DNA of 64,000 nucleotides from Squalus acanthias (lineage: Eukaryota): the NCBI GenBank assembly GCA_030390025.1, contig CM059431.1, positions 142,664,001 through 142,728,000 of the forward strand, written 5' to 3'. Both the position numbers and the translations under genes were made by a program. Positions 46,953-60,289 of the stretch are shown piece after piece. The notes beneath the pieces are model-generated. The model was not told where the DNA came from, did no database searches, and saw only the letters and a program-made list of their open reading frames with translations. Numbering within the stretch: position 1 is the stretch's first letter; each line of letters begins with the position of its first letter.

Positions 46953-49517
46953 CTCATAGAGTCATAGAGTCATAGAGTTATACGGGACGGAAAGACGACC
47001 TTCGGCACATCGTGTCCGCGCCGGCCATCAAGCCCTGTCTATTCTAATCCCATTTTCCAGCACTTGGTCCGAGCCTTGTATGCTATGGCGTTTCAAGTGA
47101 TCATCTAAATGCTTCTTGAATGTTGTGAGTGTTCTTGCCTCTACCAACCTTTCAGGCAGTGAGTTCCAGATTCTAACCACCCTCTGGGTGAAAAAGTTTT
47201 TCCTCAAATCCCCTCTAACCATCCTGCACCTTAACTTGAAACTATGCCCCCTGGTTATTGACCCCTCTACTAAGGGGTAAACTCCTTTCTATCTACCATA
47301 TCTATGACCCTCATAATTTTGTACACCTCAATCAGGTCCCCCCTCGGCCTTCCCTGCTCTAAGGAAAACAACCCCAGCTTCTCCAGTCTCTCTTCATAGC
47401 TGAAGCGCTCCAGCCCAGGTAACATCCTAGTGAACCTCCTCTGCTTCCTCTCCAATGCATTCACATCCTTCCTATTGTGTGGAGAACCAGAACTGCACAC
47501 AGTATTCCAGCTGTGGCCTAACTAGCATTTTGTAGAGCTCCATCATAACCTCCCTGCTCTTATATTCTGTGCCTCGGCTAATGAAGGGAAGTATCTCATA
47601 TGCCTTTTTAACCAACTTATCTACCTGTCCTGCTGCATTCAGGGATCTATGTACATGCACACCAAGGTCCCTCTGAACCGCTGTCCTTCCTAGGGTCCTA
47701 CCATTCATTGTGTATTCCCTTGCCTTGTTAGTCCTCCCAAAATGCATCAACTCACGCTTTTCAGGGTTAAATTCCATTTGCCAGTGTTCTGACCATCTAA
47801 CCAGCCGGTCTATATGGTCCAGTAATCTGAGGCTTCACTCCTCGCTATTTACCACTCCACCAATTTTCGTGTCATCTGCGAACTTACTGATCATAACTCC
47901 TATATTCATATCTAAATCATTATTGTACACTACAAACAGTAAAGGACCCAGCACCGATCCCCGCACTGGACACAGGCTTCCAGTCACAAAAACAACCTTC
48001 GACCATCATCCTCTGCCTCCTGCCACTAAGCCAATTTTGAATCCAATGTGCCAAATTGCCCTGGATCACATGGGCTCTTACCTTCTTGACCAGTCTCCCA
48101 TGTGGGAATTTGTCAAAAGCCTTACTGAAGTCCATGTAGACTACATCAACTGCACTACCCTCATCCACACACCGAGTCACCCCCTCTCAAAATTCAATCA
48201 AATTGGTTAGACATGAACTCCCCCGGACAAAGCGATGCTGACTATCCTTGATTAATCCTTGCCTCTCCAAGTAGAGACTAATTCTGTCCCTTAGAATTGT
48301 TTCCAATAATTTCCCTACCACTGATGTTAGGCTCACTGGCCTGTAATTTCCTGGTTTATCCCTACTTCCCTTCTTGAATGATGGTACTACGTTAGCTGTT
48401 CTCCAGTCCTCTGGCACCTCCCCTGTGGCCAGAGAGGTTATGAAAATGCGTGTAAGAGCCCCTGAAATCTCCTCTCTTGCCTCAGACAGCAACCTGGGAT
48501 ACATCTCGTCTGTGCCTGGGCGTGTATCCACTTTTAAGCCCGCTAAAACCGCTAGTAGCTCCTCCCTCTCAATACTAATTTCTTCAAGTATATCACAATC
48601 CCCCTGCCTGATTTCGATGCCTACATCGTCCTACTCCGTAGTGAACACAGGTTCAAAATATTAATTCGTCTAGCTCTACACACAGATTGCCACGTTGGTC
48701 CCTAATGTGCCCTAATCTTTCCCTGGTTATCCTTTTGCCCTTAATATACTTATAAATCAACTTGGGATTTTCCTTTATTTTGCCCGCCAGTGATTTTCAT
48801 GCACCCTCTTCGCACTCCCAATTTAATTTTCAAGTACCCCCTGCACTTTATATACTCCTCTAGGGCTTCCACTATGTTTAGTCCTTTGTATCTGCCAACA
48901 GCCTCCCTTTTTTTTCTAATCCATTCTTGTATATCCCTTGACATCCAGGGTTCCCTGGGCTTGTTGGTCCCACCGTGATCTTTACGAGAACATGTTGGCG
49001 TTGTACTCTCTCTATTTTCTTTCTGAAAGACTCCCACTGCTTTGATGTGGATTTTCCTACAAGTAGCTGATCTCAGTACACTTTGGCCAGATCCTGCCTT
49101 ATCATATTAAAATCGGCCTTCCCCCAATTTAGAACCTTTATTTCTGGTCCATTATTGTCGTTTTCCATGAGTCCCTTAAATCTCACCGAATTATGGTCAC
49201 TGTCACCAAAATGCTCTCCTACTGACACTTCTACCACGTGCCCGGCTACATTCCCTAGAATTAGGTCTAGTACCGCCCCCTCTCTTGTAGGACTTTCTAC
49301 ATGCTGGCTCAAAAAGCTCTGCTGGATGCACTTTAAGAATTCCACTCCCTCTAAGCCTTTCACACTCTAACTATCCCAGTTAATATTGGGGAAGTTGAAA
49401 TCCCCTAATATTATTACCCTATTATTTCTACACTTCTCTGAAATTTGCCTACATATCTGTTCCTCTATCTCCCCCTGATTGTTTGGGGGCCTATAGTACA
49501 CTCCCAGCAAAGTACTG
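46953..49517 (-). mobile_element. 5'-truncated CR1 LINE of the same subfamily as 27198-31803
   Basis: Minus-strand ORFs at 47028-49363 closely match ORF2 of the full-length copy. The tail is (CATAGAGT)n. Confidence 0.95.
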
Positions 49518-49834
49518 TAGAGTTTGAATGTGTACAGAACCGAACTGAGAAAAAGTAAATGTAACAGAGCTGTGAGATATTGTATTTTTTAATAACTAAA
49601 CACAAATGTGAATTATTCTATTTTCGTATTATGTAATTGTACAAATTCTCAAAATATTTTGTCCAGTTCCGAAACAGAGACATTTCCTGTGTTAAGCAAA
49701 CATGATAACCACTGGACTACAGAAACACGGCAGCAAGAATGATTTTAGGAACATAACCAGCCGTGCAGCACTTCAGGAATTATTTTTACAGCAATAGAAT
49801 TTCGGTGTAAAGAGTGGCAGAAATTGATCTGTTA

Positions 49835-49995
49835 GTAGAATCATAGAATGACACAGCACAGACGGAGGCAATTCACCCATCCTGCCTGTGCCGGCTCTTT
49901 GAAAGAGCTCTCCAATTAATCCCACTCCGCTGCTCTTTCCCCATAGACCTGCACATTTTTCTCTTTCAAGTAATTATCCAATTCCATTTTGATAA
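49835..49995 (-). mobile_element. CR1 3' terminal fragment
   Basis: TAGAATCATAGAAT tail plus the 3' UTR hairpin region. Confidence 0.7.
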
Positions 49996-50234
49996 CTGAG
50001 AGTTTGGAAAAACAATATTGTCAGAAGTGTTGAAGCCTCTGCAGTGTAGATGCACAGTGTGTGGTGACTGACGAAGTTCCCTGATCCAATTACACTAAAA
50101 CTGAATACCGGGAGAATAATACAGTTTCTTTTAAAAAATTAATTTGTGGAATTGATTTCAAATCGAAATTTTAAACGGTTTTTTCCGGTCAAACGAGTCC
50201 TTATTTAACCGAGTTGGTATATACAATACAATCA

Positions 50235-50550
50235 CACGAGCTGAATAATCTGTTACAGAGGCAATCATACAAAGGGGAGAAAGTTTTTCTACAGCTGTAC
50301 AAAGTTCTGGTTAGACCACCTCTGGAGGACTCTCTACAGTTCTGGGCACGGCACCTCAGAAAGGTTTGGCTTTGGCCTCGGAAGCAGTGCAGCACACATC
50401 CACCAGAATGTTTCCAGGGTCCAATGGTGAGATTATGAGGCGATATTACATAAACTAGGCTTGTATTCCTTGGAATATAGAAGGTTAAGCGCTGATTTCA
50501 TTGAGGTTTTTAGAATTATGAAAGGAATTAATGGGGTTAAAATAGAGAAA
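50235..50550 (+). mobile_element. CR1 RT fragment
   Basis: LYKVLVRPPLEDSLQFWA and LGLYSLEYRRL. Confidence 0.75.
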
Positions 50551-51019
50551 CTTTAGTTCACTTGATCATTGTGCACAGGAGCTTTACTTAGAAAAATGAT
50601 CGCTAACTTTCTATGACGTTGGAGTATTTTTGTTGTCCTGTTCTGCAAATTATGTCATCAATCTACCCGCTGAAAGGCTCTGGTAGCACAGGTGTTGGAC
50701 AAACTCCATGTGTCATTATACAAGTCGGTTGCTTTACACGTGGTGCGTTCTGCCCTCATCTTGAAATGCAAGTCTCTTCAATATCCAATACAAACGGAAT
50801 TGCAAACTTGAAGGACAAGCATAGGAATACAAGTCACTCGTGAACACAAACCTCATGCTGCTCATTTTCAAGGTCATAGCAGTCAGCTTTTATATAAAGT
50901 GAAATAAATATGCATTGATAAGATTTGGAAATAGATGTTACTTGTATTTGTGTCTTTTGTTGTTCTATTTATTAAACTTTCAGGCGTCTGGCTCCCGTTC
51001 AGCCTCTTCTTCCTCTATT

Positions 51020-53405
51020 AACATAGAAACATAGAAGATAGTAGCAGGAGCAGGCCATTCTGCCCCTCGAGCCTGCTCCGCCATTCGATGAGATCATGGC
51101 TGATCATCCAAACTCAGTACCCTGTACCTGCCTTCTCCCCATATCCCTTGATACCTTTAGCTTTAAGAAATATATCTAACTCATCCTGAATATATTTAAT
51201 GACTTGGCCTCAACTACCTTCTCCGTAGAGAATTCCATAGGTTCACCACTCTCTGGCTGAAGAAATTCTTCCTCATTTCTGTCCGAAATTGCTTACCCGT
51301 TATCCTTAGATTATGACCCCTGGTTCTGGACTCTCCGACCATCGTGAACATTCTTCCTGCATCTAGTTTGTCCAGACCTGTCAGAATTTTATATGTTTCG
51401 ATGACATCCCCTCTCATTCTTCTGTACTCCAGCGAGTATAAGCCCAATCGACCCAATCTCTCCTCATATGCCATTCCTGCCATCCCAGGTATCAGCCTTG
51501 TGAATCTTCGCTGAACTCCTTCCATGGCAAGAACATCCTTCCTCAGATAAGGCGACCAAAACTGCACACAGTACTCAAGGTGTGGTCTCACCAAGGCCCT
51601 GTAGAACTGCAGCAGGACATCCCTGTTCCTATACTCAAACACTTTCGCTATGAAGGCCAACATACCATTTGCCTTCTTCACCGCTTACTGCACCTGCATG
51701 CTTACTTTCAGCGACTGGAGCATAAGGACACCCAGGTCTCGTTGCACTTCCCCTTCTCCCAATCTATTGCCATTCAGATAAAAGTCTGCCTTTCTGTTTT
51801 TGACACCAAAGTGGATTAACTCGCACTTATCCACGTGATATTGTATCTGCCACGCTTCTGCCCACTCACCCAACCTGTCCAAATCATCCTGGAGTTTCTC
51901 GGTATCCTCCTCGCAGCACACACTCCCACCCAGCTTTGTGTCAGCTGCAAACTTGGAGATATTACTTTTAGTTCACTTATCTAGATCATTAATGTATATT
52001 GTGAATAGCTGGGGTCCAAGGACCGATCCCTGCGGTACCCCACTAGTCACTGCTTGCCACTCAGAAAAAGACCCATTAATTCCTACTCTCTGCTTTCTGT
52101 CCGCCAACCAGTTCTCTATCCAAGTCAATACCTTGCCCCCAATCCCATGTGCCTTAACTTTACACGCTAATCTCTTATGCGGGACCTTATGGAAAGCCTT
52201 TTAAAAGTCCAAATACAGCACATCTACTGGTTCTCCCTTATCTATTTTCCCAGTTAAATCCTAAAAAAATTCCAGTAGATTAGTCAAGCACGATTTACCT
52301 TTTGTAAATCCATGTTGACTTTGTCCGATCCTGTCACTGTTTTTCAAGTGCTCAGCTATTACATCCTTTATAATGGACTCTAGCATTTTCCCCAATACCG
52401 ATGTCAGGCTTGAAAGTCTGTAATTCCCCGCTTTCTCTCTACCACCCTTTTTGAATAGTGGGGTAACATTAGCTACCCTCCAATCCATGGGTACAGTTCC
52501 AGATTCCATCGAATGTTGGAAGATGATCAGCAATGCATTTCAAGGGCCAATTCGTTAAGTACCCTAGGATGTAGATTATCAGGCCCTGGGGAATTATCAG
52601 CCTTCAATCCCATCAATTTCCCTAACACCATTTCCCTGCAAATACTGATTTATTTCAGTTCCACCCTTTCATCAGACCGTATGTTCTCCAACAACTCTGG
52701 GAGGTTATTTGTGTCCTCCTTTTTGAAGACAGAACCAAAATATGCATTTAATTGGTCTGCCATTTCTTTGTTCCCCATTATAACTTCCCCCGCTTCTGAC
52801 TGCAAAGGACCTACACTTGATTTATCTAATCTTTTTCCTCTTCACATATCTATAAAAAGCTCTAACAGTCAGTTTTTATGTTCCAGAAAGCTTACTTTCA
52901 TATTCTATTTTCCCCTTCTTAATTAATCCCTTTGTCCTCCTTTGTTGAATCCTAAACTGCTTCCAATCCTCAGGGCTACCGCTTTTTCTGGCCAATTTAT
53001 ATGCCCTCTCCTTGGATCTTATGCTATCCCTAATTTCCCTTGTTAGCCACGGTTGAGTCATCCTTTTTGTTTTATTCTTATGCCACACTGGGATGAACAA
53101 ATTCTGTAGTTCATCCATGCAGTCTTTGAATGTTTGCCATTGCCTATCCACCGTCAACCCCTTGAGTGACATTCCCCAATCAATCCTACCGAATTCGCGC
53201 CTCATACCATCATAGTTTCCTTTATTTAAATTCAGGACCCTAGTCTCTGATTCAACTACTTCACTCTCCATCCTAATGCAGAATTCTATCATATTATGAT
53301 CGCTCTGACCCAAGGGGCCTCGGACAACAAGATTGCTAATTAATCCTTTCTCGATACATAATACCCAGTCTAAGGTGGCCTGATCTCTGGTTAGTTCCTC
53401 GACGT
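51020..53405 (-). mobile_element. 5'-truncated CR1 LINE (different subfamily)
   Basis: ORFs at 51214-53313 carry GQSDHNMIEF, DWRVANVTPLFKKG, QHGFTKGKSCLTNLLEFF and LVRPHLEYCVQFWSPY. The tail is (ACATAGAA)n. Confidence 0.95.
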
Positions 53406-54137
53406 ATTGAGAAAGGAGGAGTTTGACCTTGACCAGAGCCGCACTGCGCCTGATATTTGTGAGCTCATCCTTATATTTACTGTTTTATGCCCCTTTGTTC
53501 AGCGTCAGCTTAAGCTCATTATATTATACAAATATGGAACTGTTAAGAGGGTTGACCCAAACTGCTCAAAGCCTTCGGTTTTAAGGAGGGTCTGAAAGGA
53601 GGTGAGGGAGGGGTAAAGGTGGAGGGGTTCAGGCAGGGAGTTCCAGAGCATGACGCCTACACAAATATTGCATCATGTTCGCATGTGCCTGCTGTCAGAC
53701 CGCAGTGTTTTACAACGTTTTGCATTGAAAAAATACAGTTATTAGATGGAGCTAAATTATCACTAAATGGCCCAGCGTGTTTTAAATTGTTTTCCCTAAT
53801 GCCAGCTGTACAATAGCCACACATTCAATGTAGCTTCACACGGTGCGATGTCCTGTTCCAGTTCTATATATGTAGATGCAGAATAAATTTCCATCAGTTT
53901 ATTTGAAACCAAGAACTTAATATATTTCTAACGGGTTGGATGGAGGAACATGATCCATCGACATGTTTTTATCATTTGATTTGAAATGAGTGCGCATAAA
54001 AGTATTTGGGTGGGAGTTTACTGCATAACAGCACAGCTAGCAATGCTTGAGGAATATTTTCCTGCAGTCAAAGCAAATAGTGACAACTTGGAAATTTGCG
54101 TCAAAGAATCATAAAGGGAAAAAAAAGTTAAAATCTT

Positions 54138-54211
54138 CGTTTCTGGGTGGGCATGAACCACCAACCGTTCGGTTAACAGCCGAACGCGGTAACGGATTGC
54201 GCCACAGGGAC
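54138..54211 (-). tRNA. tRNA-Asn(GTT), probably a pseudogene
   Basis: GTCCCTGTGGCGCAATCCGTTACCGCGTTCGGCTGTTAACCGAACGGTTGGTGGTTCATGCCCACCCAGAAACG matches vertebrate tRNA-Asn, with substitutions in the D-loop GG, B box and acceptor stem. A T-run lies downstream. Confidence 0.85.
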
Positions 54212-54764
54212 GGCCGGATATATCCATGCAAGATCCCCTAAACCAGGGTGTCGGCGTGATAAAGTTTCAGATTGCTGCGACCGGAATAGCAATTGCCCAC
54301 TGTCAGTTTTACATTTTCCAAATTAAAGAATGGGACATTCATTGTGACTACACAGAGTTTGTCTGGTCCCGCACACTGCAGACACACCCATGTCACCGTG
54401 AACCAGCTCTCCTGCAACCGGTGCGGTCTCCCTTCCAGCCTTTGTTTGTTCCGAATTACTCTGATTGTCCCGAACCCAATGTTGCGTTTGATTTCCTGAT
54501 CTGCAGTAACGAGAATCCTTTAAATGACACAGAACAGTTAATTGCATCGATAACATCAGAGTAAATGTTCCAGTGTCTTAAACCAGGGTACGGTGTCTTG
54601 ACCGCCTCTGGTCAATCGGGCGGTTCGTCCTTCATTCTCCTCTGATTTACTTTCCGAAAGCGGATCTAAAGATTCACAAAACTGGCGAATGTTTTTTATT
54701 TTTTTGATCCTTTCGATTTTCCTGCTCCTAACTGTCAATATTTTCCAAACTTCGTCGGTTTGCA

Positions 54765-55245
54765 TCATGTCCAGGGATGAGGGATTTCAGTTATGTGGAG
54801 AGACTATCGCAGCTGGGATTGTTCTCATTAGAGCAAAGAAGGTTAAGTGGCGATTTAATTCAGGTGTTCCAAATTATGGGGGGGGGGGGGTGGGGTGGTA
54901 ATAGAGCAGAGAGGGTGAAACTGTTTCCACTAACAAGAGTGTCGGTAACAAGGGGACACTGTTTTAAGATAATTGGGTAAAAAAAAGCCGCGGCGGGTGA
55001 GGTGGTGTGGGGAGATTTTTCTTTACTCAGCGAGTTGTTACGATCTGGGTGAGAGAGCGTGCACTGCTTGAGGGCGGGGAAAGCAGATTCAATAATAACT
55101 TTAAAAAGGGAAGTTAACATGAAAAGCATTGCAGGGCTATGGGGAAAGAGCAGGGGAGTGGGAATAATTGGATCGCTCTTTCCAAGAGTCGGCACAGGCA
55201 CGGTGGGCCCAATGGCCTCCTACTGTGCTGTGTGATTCTATGATT
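54765..55245 (+). mobile_element. CR1 3' fragment
   Basis: MRDFSYVERLSQLGLFSLEQRRLSGDLIQVF and a GATTCTATGATTCT tail. Confidence 0.85.
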
Positions 55246-55612
55246 CTGTGTCCGATCCTTGACAACAGCCTCTACCCGCGGTTTCCCACCTCTCCCATGT
55301 TACTATCGTTGTCTCAATGGCAGCAACCGTGACCTCACATTCTGGAGCGCTCACACCATCCAGGACACTGGAAGTGCAACTAGGAGAAGCCATTCTAGAG
55401 CTCGATGGGATTTTCGGCAATAATCGAGAAATGATGCAGAATTTAAACGAGGTCAGTCACAGGCTAAAAGGTGTAGATAGCAAGGATAAAATAAAAGGCA
55501 AATATGATAATGGAAAGTAGGCAGGTTGGTGGAGTTAAGTTACAGATCAGCAGTGATCTAATTAATTGGCGGAACAGGCTCGAGGGGCTGAATGGCCTCC
55601 TCCTATGTGTCT

Positions 55613-56040
55613 TCAACAACAACTAGTATTGATATAGCGCCTGTAACATATTAAAATGTCCCAAATCGCATCACATAAGGAGATATTAGGGCAGATGACA
55701 GAAAGCTTGTTTTAAGGAGCGTCTTAAAGAAGGAAAGAGAGGAGAGAGAGAGGTGGAGAGGATTAGGGAGGGAATTCTGGAGATTAGGGCATTGGCAAAA
55801 TGAAGGCACAGCCACCAATGGTGGAGCGATTAAAATCGGGGATGCACAAGAGGCCAGAATTATAGGAGCGCCTCAATCTCGGAGGCTTGTAGGGCTGGGC
55901 GAGATTACAGCGATAGGGAGAGGCGAGCACATGGAAGGATTTGAAAACAAGGATGAACATTTTAACATCGAGGCGTTGCCTAACCGGGAGTCAATGTAGG
56001 ACAGCTAGCATAGCCGTGAACGGGACTTGATGCGAGTTAG
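55613..56040 (-). mobile_element. L2 LINE 3' fragment
   Basis: The reverse strand ends in GGCGCTATATCAATACTAGTTGTTGTTG, an L2-type tail similar to the DeuSINE tail. Confidence 0.7.
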
Positions 56041-56699
56041 GGCGAAATTCAAACCCATGCCAACTTCACACAATTGATGAATAATCCATCGCTGAATAAC
56101 TCGGCCCCCGCGTCCCAACCGAACACTTACACCAACTGCATGTGCCCAATATTACTGAAATATAAATGTTAAGTGTCAGTGCCACAAAAGCTTAAATAAT
56201 CTTTCTCATGCACAAGTCTTCAACCAAACCATTGATAAAGACCCACTCCACCTGGGATGCGATTCGATTAACCAAGAGAGATTAACTTTGATTTGATTTG
56301 CTATTAAGATAAAGGTGGATTGAATATTTTCATGGCATTTAGGAAAATATTTGGAGAAGGTGCGTGTGGAAACTGAGAAAATGTTGAGTGTCGGTCTTTG
56401 AAGATTTGTGATCATTTTATTCAACAACTGAGAGTCAGAACTTCCATAACTTGGATTAGAAAAAAAGTAGGATAATACCAAACAACCCAATCAACAATAC
56501 AGCAACAGATGTAGGGTTCAATAGCTTTGACTCACTTCCAGCACTCTCATCTCAGCCTCAGAAGATCATTGAGTGAAATTGGTCGACGCCAGCAGCGAAC
56601 GGGCGGTAAACATTTGAACAGTTGAAGCCTGGAAACAGTTAAAATGTAGCACAAGTAGATGAAGTTGGCACGAGGGAATGTCTTTGCTGTATTACACAA

Positions 56700-57290
56700 T
56701 ATTGCACAGTATTTGGAGCAAAGAAACAGGCCATTCAGCCCAACATGTCCAGCCCAACAGGACCGAGCCTCCTCGCACTCTCCTTCATCTAATTCCAGCA
56801 ACATATCCTTCTACTACTTTCTCCATCATGTGTTTATCTAGATTTCCCTTAAATGCATCCATGTTGTTCACCGTAATTAATGCTTGTGGTAGCGAGTTCC
56901 ACATTCTAAGCACTCTCTGGGTTAATACATTTCTCCTGAATTACCTACTGGATTTATTAGTGACTACCTGATATTTGTTCTGGTTTCTCCCCCAAGTGAA
57001 AACATATTCTCTACATCTATCAAACGCGTTCATAATATTAAAGACTTCTATCTGGTGACCCCTCAGTCTTCTATTTCCGATAGAAAGGTGCCCCAGCCGG
57101 TTCAATCTTCCCTGATAGGTATAACCTCTGAGTTCTGCTAGCATTCTAGTCAATCGTTTTTGTAACTTCTCCAGTGCCTCTATATCATTTTATAATCGGG
57201 AGACCTGAACTGCTCACAGTACCCCAAGTGTCGTATAACCAAGGTTCTATTCGATTTTAACATAGCTTCTCTGTTTTTCCAGTTATATCT
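56700..57290 (-). mobile_element. CR1 3' fragment
   Basis: TRMLAELRGYTYQGRLNRLG...RLRGHQIEVF plus the 3' UTR. Confidence 0.8.
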
Positions 57291-57879
57291 GAGCAGCAAA
57301 CTCACCATTGCCCACAAATGCCTGTATGCTGGATCAGTACCCCAGTGGGAAAGAGGATTGTGATTTTGAGTTGTTATTTGTCAGTAATTTTCCCGTTAGC
57401 TGAAAATAAGACGAGAAAAAACGAGCAGATCCTACGAAACGGTCTGTAACACTATGCGGCATCTACACAGTTGTCTCTTGCACTTACAGTGAAGCAGGAG
57501 CCCGTTTTAACTCTTAATCCGCCAACATTAAGAATAACGTGTCTGAGAAAGCCTCGATTTCAGTGTTAGGCCAGAGCAATGTTCAGTTGATTTGATGGCC
57601 GAGCGGCCAGCGGGTGGATTTGCAATTCGTATGCGGCTGCACTGTGAATTTTCCAGATTAATCGGAATAAAACTTGAACTGAATCTATTGACATCCGTCT
57701 TGGTTATATTCAGGACGGAGATCCATAAATTTTTGGATATTAGAGAATCAAGGGATATGGGGATAGAGCTGGAAAGTGGAGTTGAGGTTTAAGATCAGCC
57801 ATGATCTTAATGATTAGTTGAGCATGCTCGAGGGGCCGTATGGCCAACTCCTGCTCCGAAATCTTATGTTGTTAGGATA

Positions 57880-58715
57880 ATCACTGTGGCTCATTTCCAT
57901 GCAATCACAACAGAGAAGAAAACTTGCCCTTTCACCTCCAGCTTCCCATTCCCATCGTCCAGGACCCCAAATCCCCTTTCCAGGAGATGCTGCAAATTAC
58001 GTGTAATTCTTCCAACTCAGGATAGTGTATCAGCTGTTCCCAATGCGATCTCCTCTACACTGGGGAGACCAAACGTAGATTGGGTGATTGCTTGTCTGAA
58101 CACCTCCATTCAGCCCGCAAGCTTGACCCTGAGCTTTCGGTCGCTTGCCACCTTAAATATCCGTCCCACTCTCACTCTGCTCTCTCTGTCATCAGCTTCC
58201 TACACTGTTCCAATGTATTTCAAACGGAAGCTCGAGAAACAGCCCTTCATCTGTTGATTAGGCACTTTACAGCCTTCCAGACACAACACCGAGTTCAACA
58301 ACTTCAGATCGTCATCACGGCTCCCATTGTCCTGGACAGCACGTGCTGCTAATGGTTCTGTTATTGCCATTTTTATCTCCTCTGGACGTGTCTTTTGTTT
58401 CTTTATTCGTCCCATGAATGTCTTACTTGTCCTCTTGCTCCCCTCTTTTGCCTTGCATCATCATCCATTTTATCATTTAATACATCCTGCTCTCCATCCT
58501 ATTACAACAACGTTTATTTTTTCCTCCTCTCCGCCCACATTTTCTCCGGCTCTGTACTTTCTGATAAACTATTAAATTTCTAAATTCTTCCAGTTGTGAT
58601 AAAATGTCACCGACCTGAAACGTTAACTCTGTTTCTCTCTCCACAGATGCTGCCTGAATTGTTGCGTGTTTTCAGCACTATTTGTTTTGAGTTCAGATTT
58701 CCAGCATTTTGCTGT
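57880..58715 (+). mobile_element. Decayed Penelope-like fragment
   Basis: LY.GETKR.LGDCLSEH (GIY-YIG remnant) and LQPS.HN.EFNNFRS. The terminus matches 32185-32283. Confidence 0.8.
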
Positions 58716-58966
58716 GGATGAACAAACATGGTCGAGTTTATTCTCCTGTCAAACTGGGCGGCAGTGAGCGCTGCCTCATTCTTTAAAAGCTGGTTCTGTC
58801 AAGTCTCTAAACAGGGAACGGTAAGTGTGAGAGTAAACTGATCCACAGTGACACAAAAGTAAAATACTGCGGGTGCTGGAAATCTGTGACTCTGGCCAGT
58901 TTTGTGCGGAGAGGGGCTTGACTAGAACGTCACACTTTTAAGACTGAGCTGGCCGCGAATGTCGCA

Positions 58967-59020
58967 ATCGCTTCTCCATGACTCTTATTGCAGGGAGACG
59001 GCTGTTGGCTTCGACCTGGT
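58967..59020 (+). pseudogene. Possible collapsed U2 snRNA relic
   Basis: Four U2 sequence blocks in the correct order: ATCGCTTCTC (U2 5' end), TCTTAT, GCAGGGAGACGG and TCGACCTGGT. Confidence 0.45.
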
Positions 59021-59329
59021 GCCTCAGTTTATTTCACAAGCCATGTACCGGGCTCGGTTTAATTCCAAGGTTTTGCAGGAAATCGAAAATCCCTGAAGGT
59101 GCAATGCCTTCCGCTCAATCATCAATAACACACTCAGATCTTCCGCTTGTTAGCAGCACCTCCTTCCAAACATTTTACTCAGTATTTGGGAATTATTTTG
59201 GCGTTCGATTGAAAATGCGAATAGTCGAGGCATTTGTTTTTCAACAGGGGTGCTGAAATGGCCGGAATTGACACGAGACAGGAGTCGTATTAGAATAATT
59301 TAAAGGAGAATTCTAAAATTCACCGAGTG

Positions 59330-59765
59330 CTAATTGGATTAGGCACTTTACAACCTTCCGGACTCAACATCGAGTTCAACGATTTCAGATCAGAATCTCT
59401 GCTCCCATTGTTCGGACAGCAGCTGTTGGTCATGATTCTGCTGTTGTCATTCAGAGCCTCTCAGACGCCTCGCTTTTTCTCCCAGTATCATTCCCGTTTG
59501 CCTTGCACCATCATCCCCTTTGTCATTTAATCACTCCTGCCTTCCACCCTATCACTGTCCTTCCCTTTTGTACTTTCCTCCCCCTCTCCCACCCATTTCC
59601 CTGCTTCTTGCTTTTACATCTCGAACTTTTCCCAGCTCTGATGAAAGTTCATCAACCTGAAATTTTAAATCTGTTTCTCTCTGCACAGATGCTGTCTGAC
59701 CTGCTGAGCATTTCCAGCGTTTTCTGTTCTTATTTCAGATTTCCAGCATCCGCAGTATTTGGCTT
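59330..59765 (+). mobile_element. Penelope-like 3' fragment
   Basis: LGTLQPSGLNIEFNDFRS plus the terminal sequence. Confidence 0.82.
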
Positions 59766-59979
59766 TAGTCCGGCAAAACACTTTCTGCCTTTCGATTGAA
59801 GACGCGAAAAGCCGAGACATTTGTTGTTTTCAACACGGCGTGTGAAATGGCCGGTATGACACGTGACAGGAGTCGTTCCTGAACCATTTAAAGGTGGATT
59901 CTAAAAATCATCGAGTGTTAAATTAAAATCAAGGTTACAGTTTGTTTCGATGTAAAGGGTGCGGATTGAAAATAACAAT

Positions 59980-60068
59980 AAACCGCCAGGCAGCGCCCGC
60001 GGTGAGACACATTCGAACTCCTGATGAAGTTGGTGCTGCGAAGTAACCGCTGAGCTAAAGCTGAGCCC
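59980..60068 (-). ncRNA. VTRNA: Vault RNA gene (Pol III), variant B-box region
   Basis: The minus strand reads GGGCTCAGCTTTAGCTCAGCGGTTACTTCG...GAGTTCGAATGTGTCTCACCGCGGGCGCTGCCTGGCGGTTT. The 5' block GCTTTAGCTCAGCGGTTACTTCG and the 3' block CCGCGGGCGCT match vertebrate vault RNAs. TTTATAT lies at about -25 and TGACGT at about -75. Confidence 0.85.
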
Positions 60069-60289
60069 GATCAAAGGGGAGAAAACACTAAATATAAAGG
60101 ATGAGCCCTCAAATATCAGGCGCAGTGCGGGTCTGGTCAACGTCAAACCCCTCCTTTCTCATTCAATAGAGGAAGAAGAGACTCACCGGGAGTCAGACAG
60201 CAGAAAGATTCATAAATAGAACAAAGAAAGACACAAATACAAGTAACACCCACTTTCCAAACATGTTCACTGTGAAATTATTTCACTCG

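Noticed and set aside
57589..57606. tRNA-Leu-like GATGGCCGAGCGG
   Set aside because: Only an A-box-length match, with no cloverleaf or B box.
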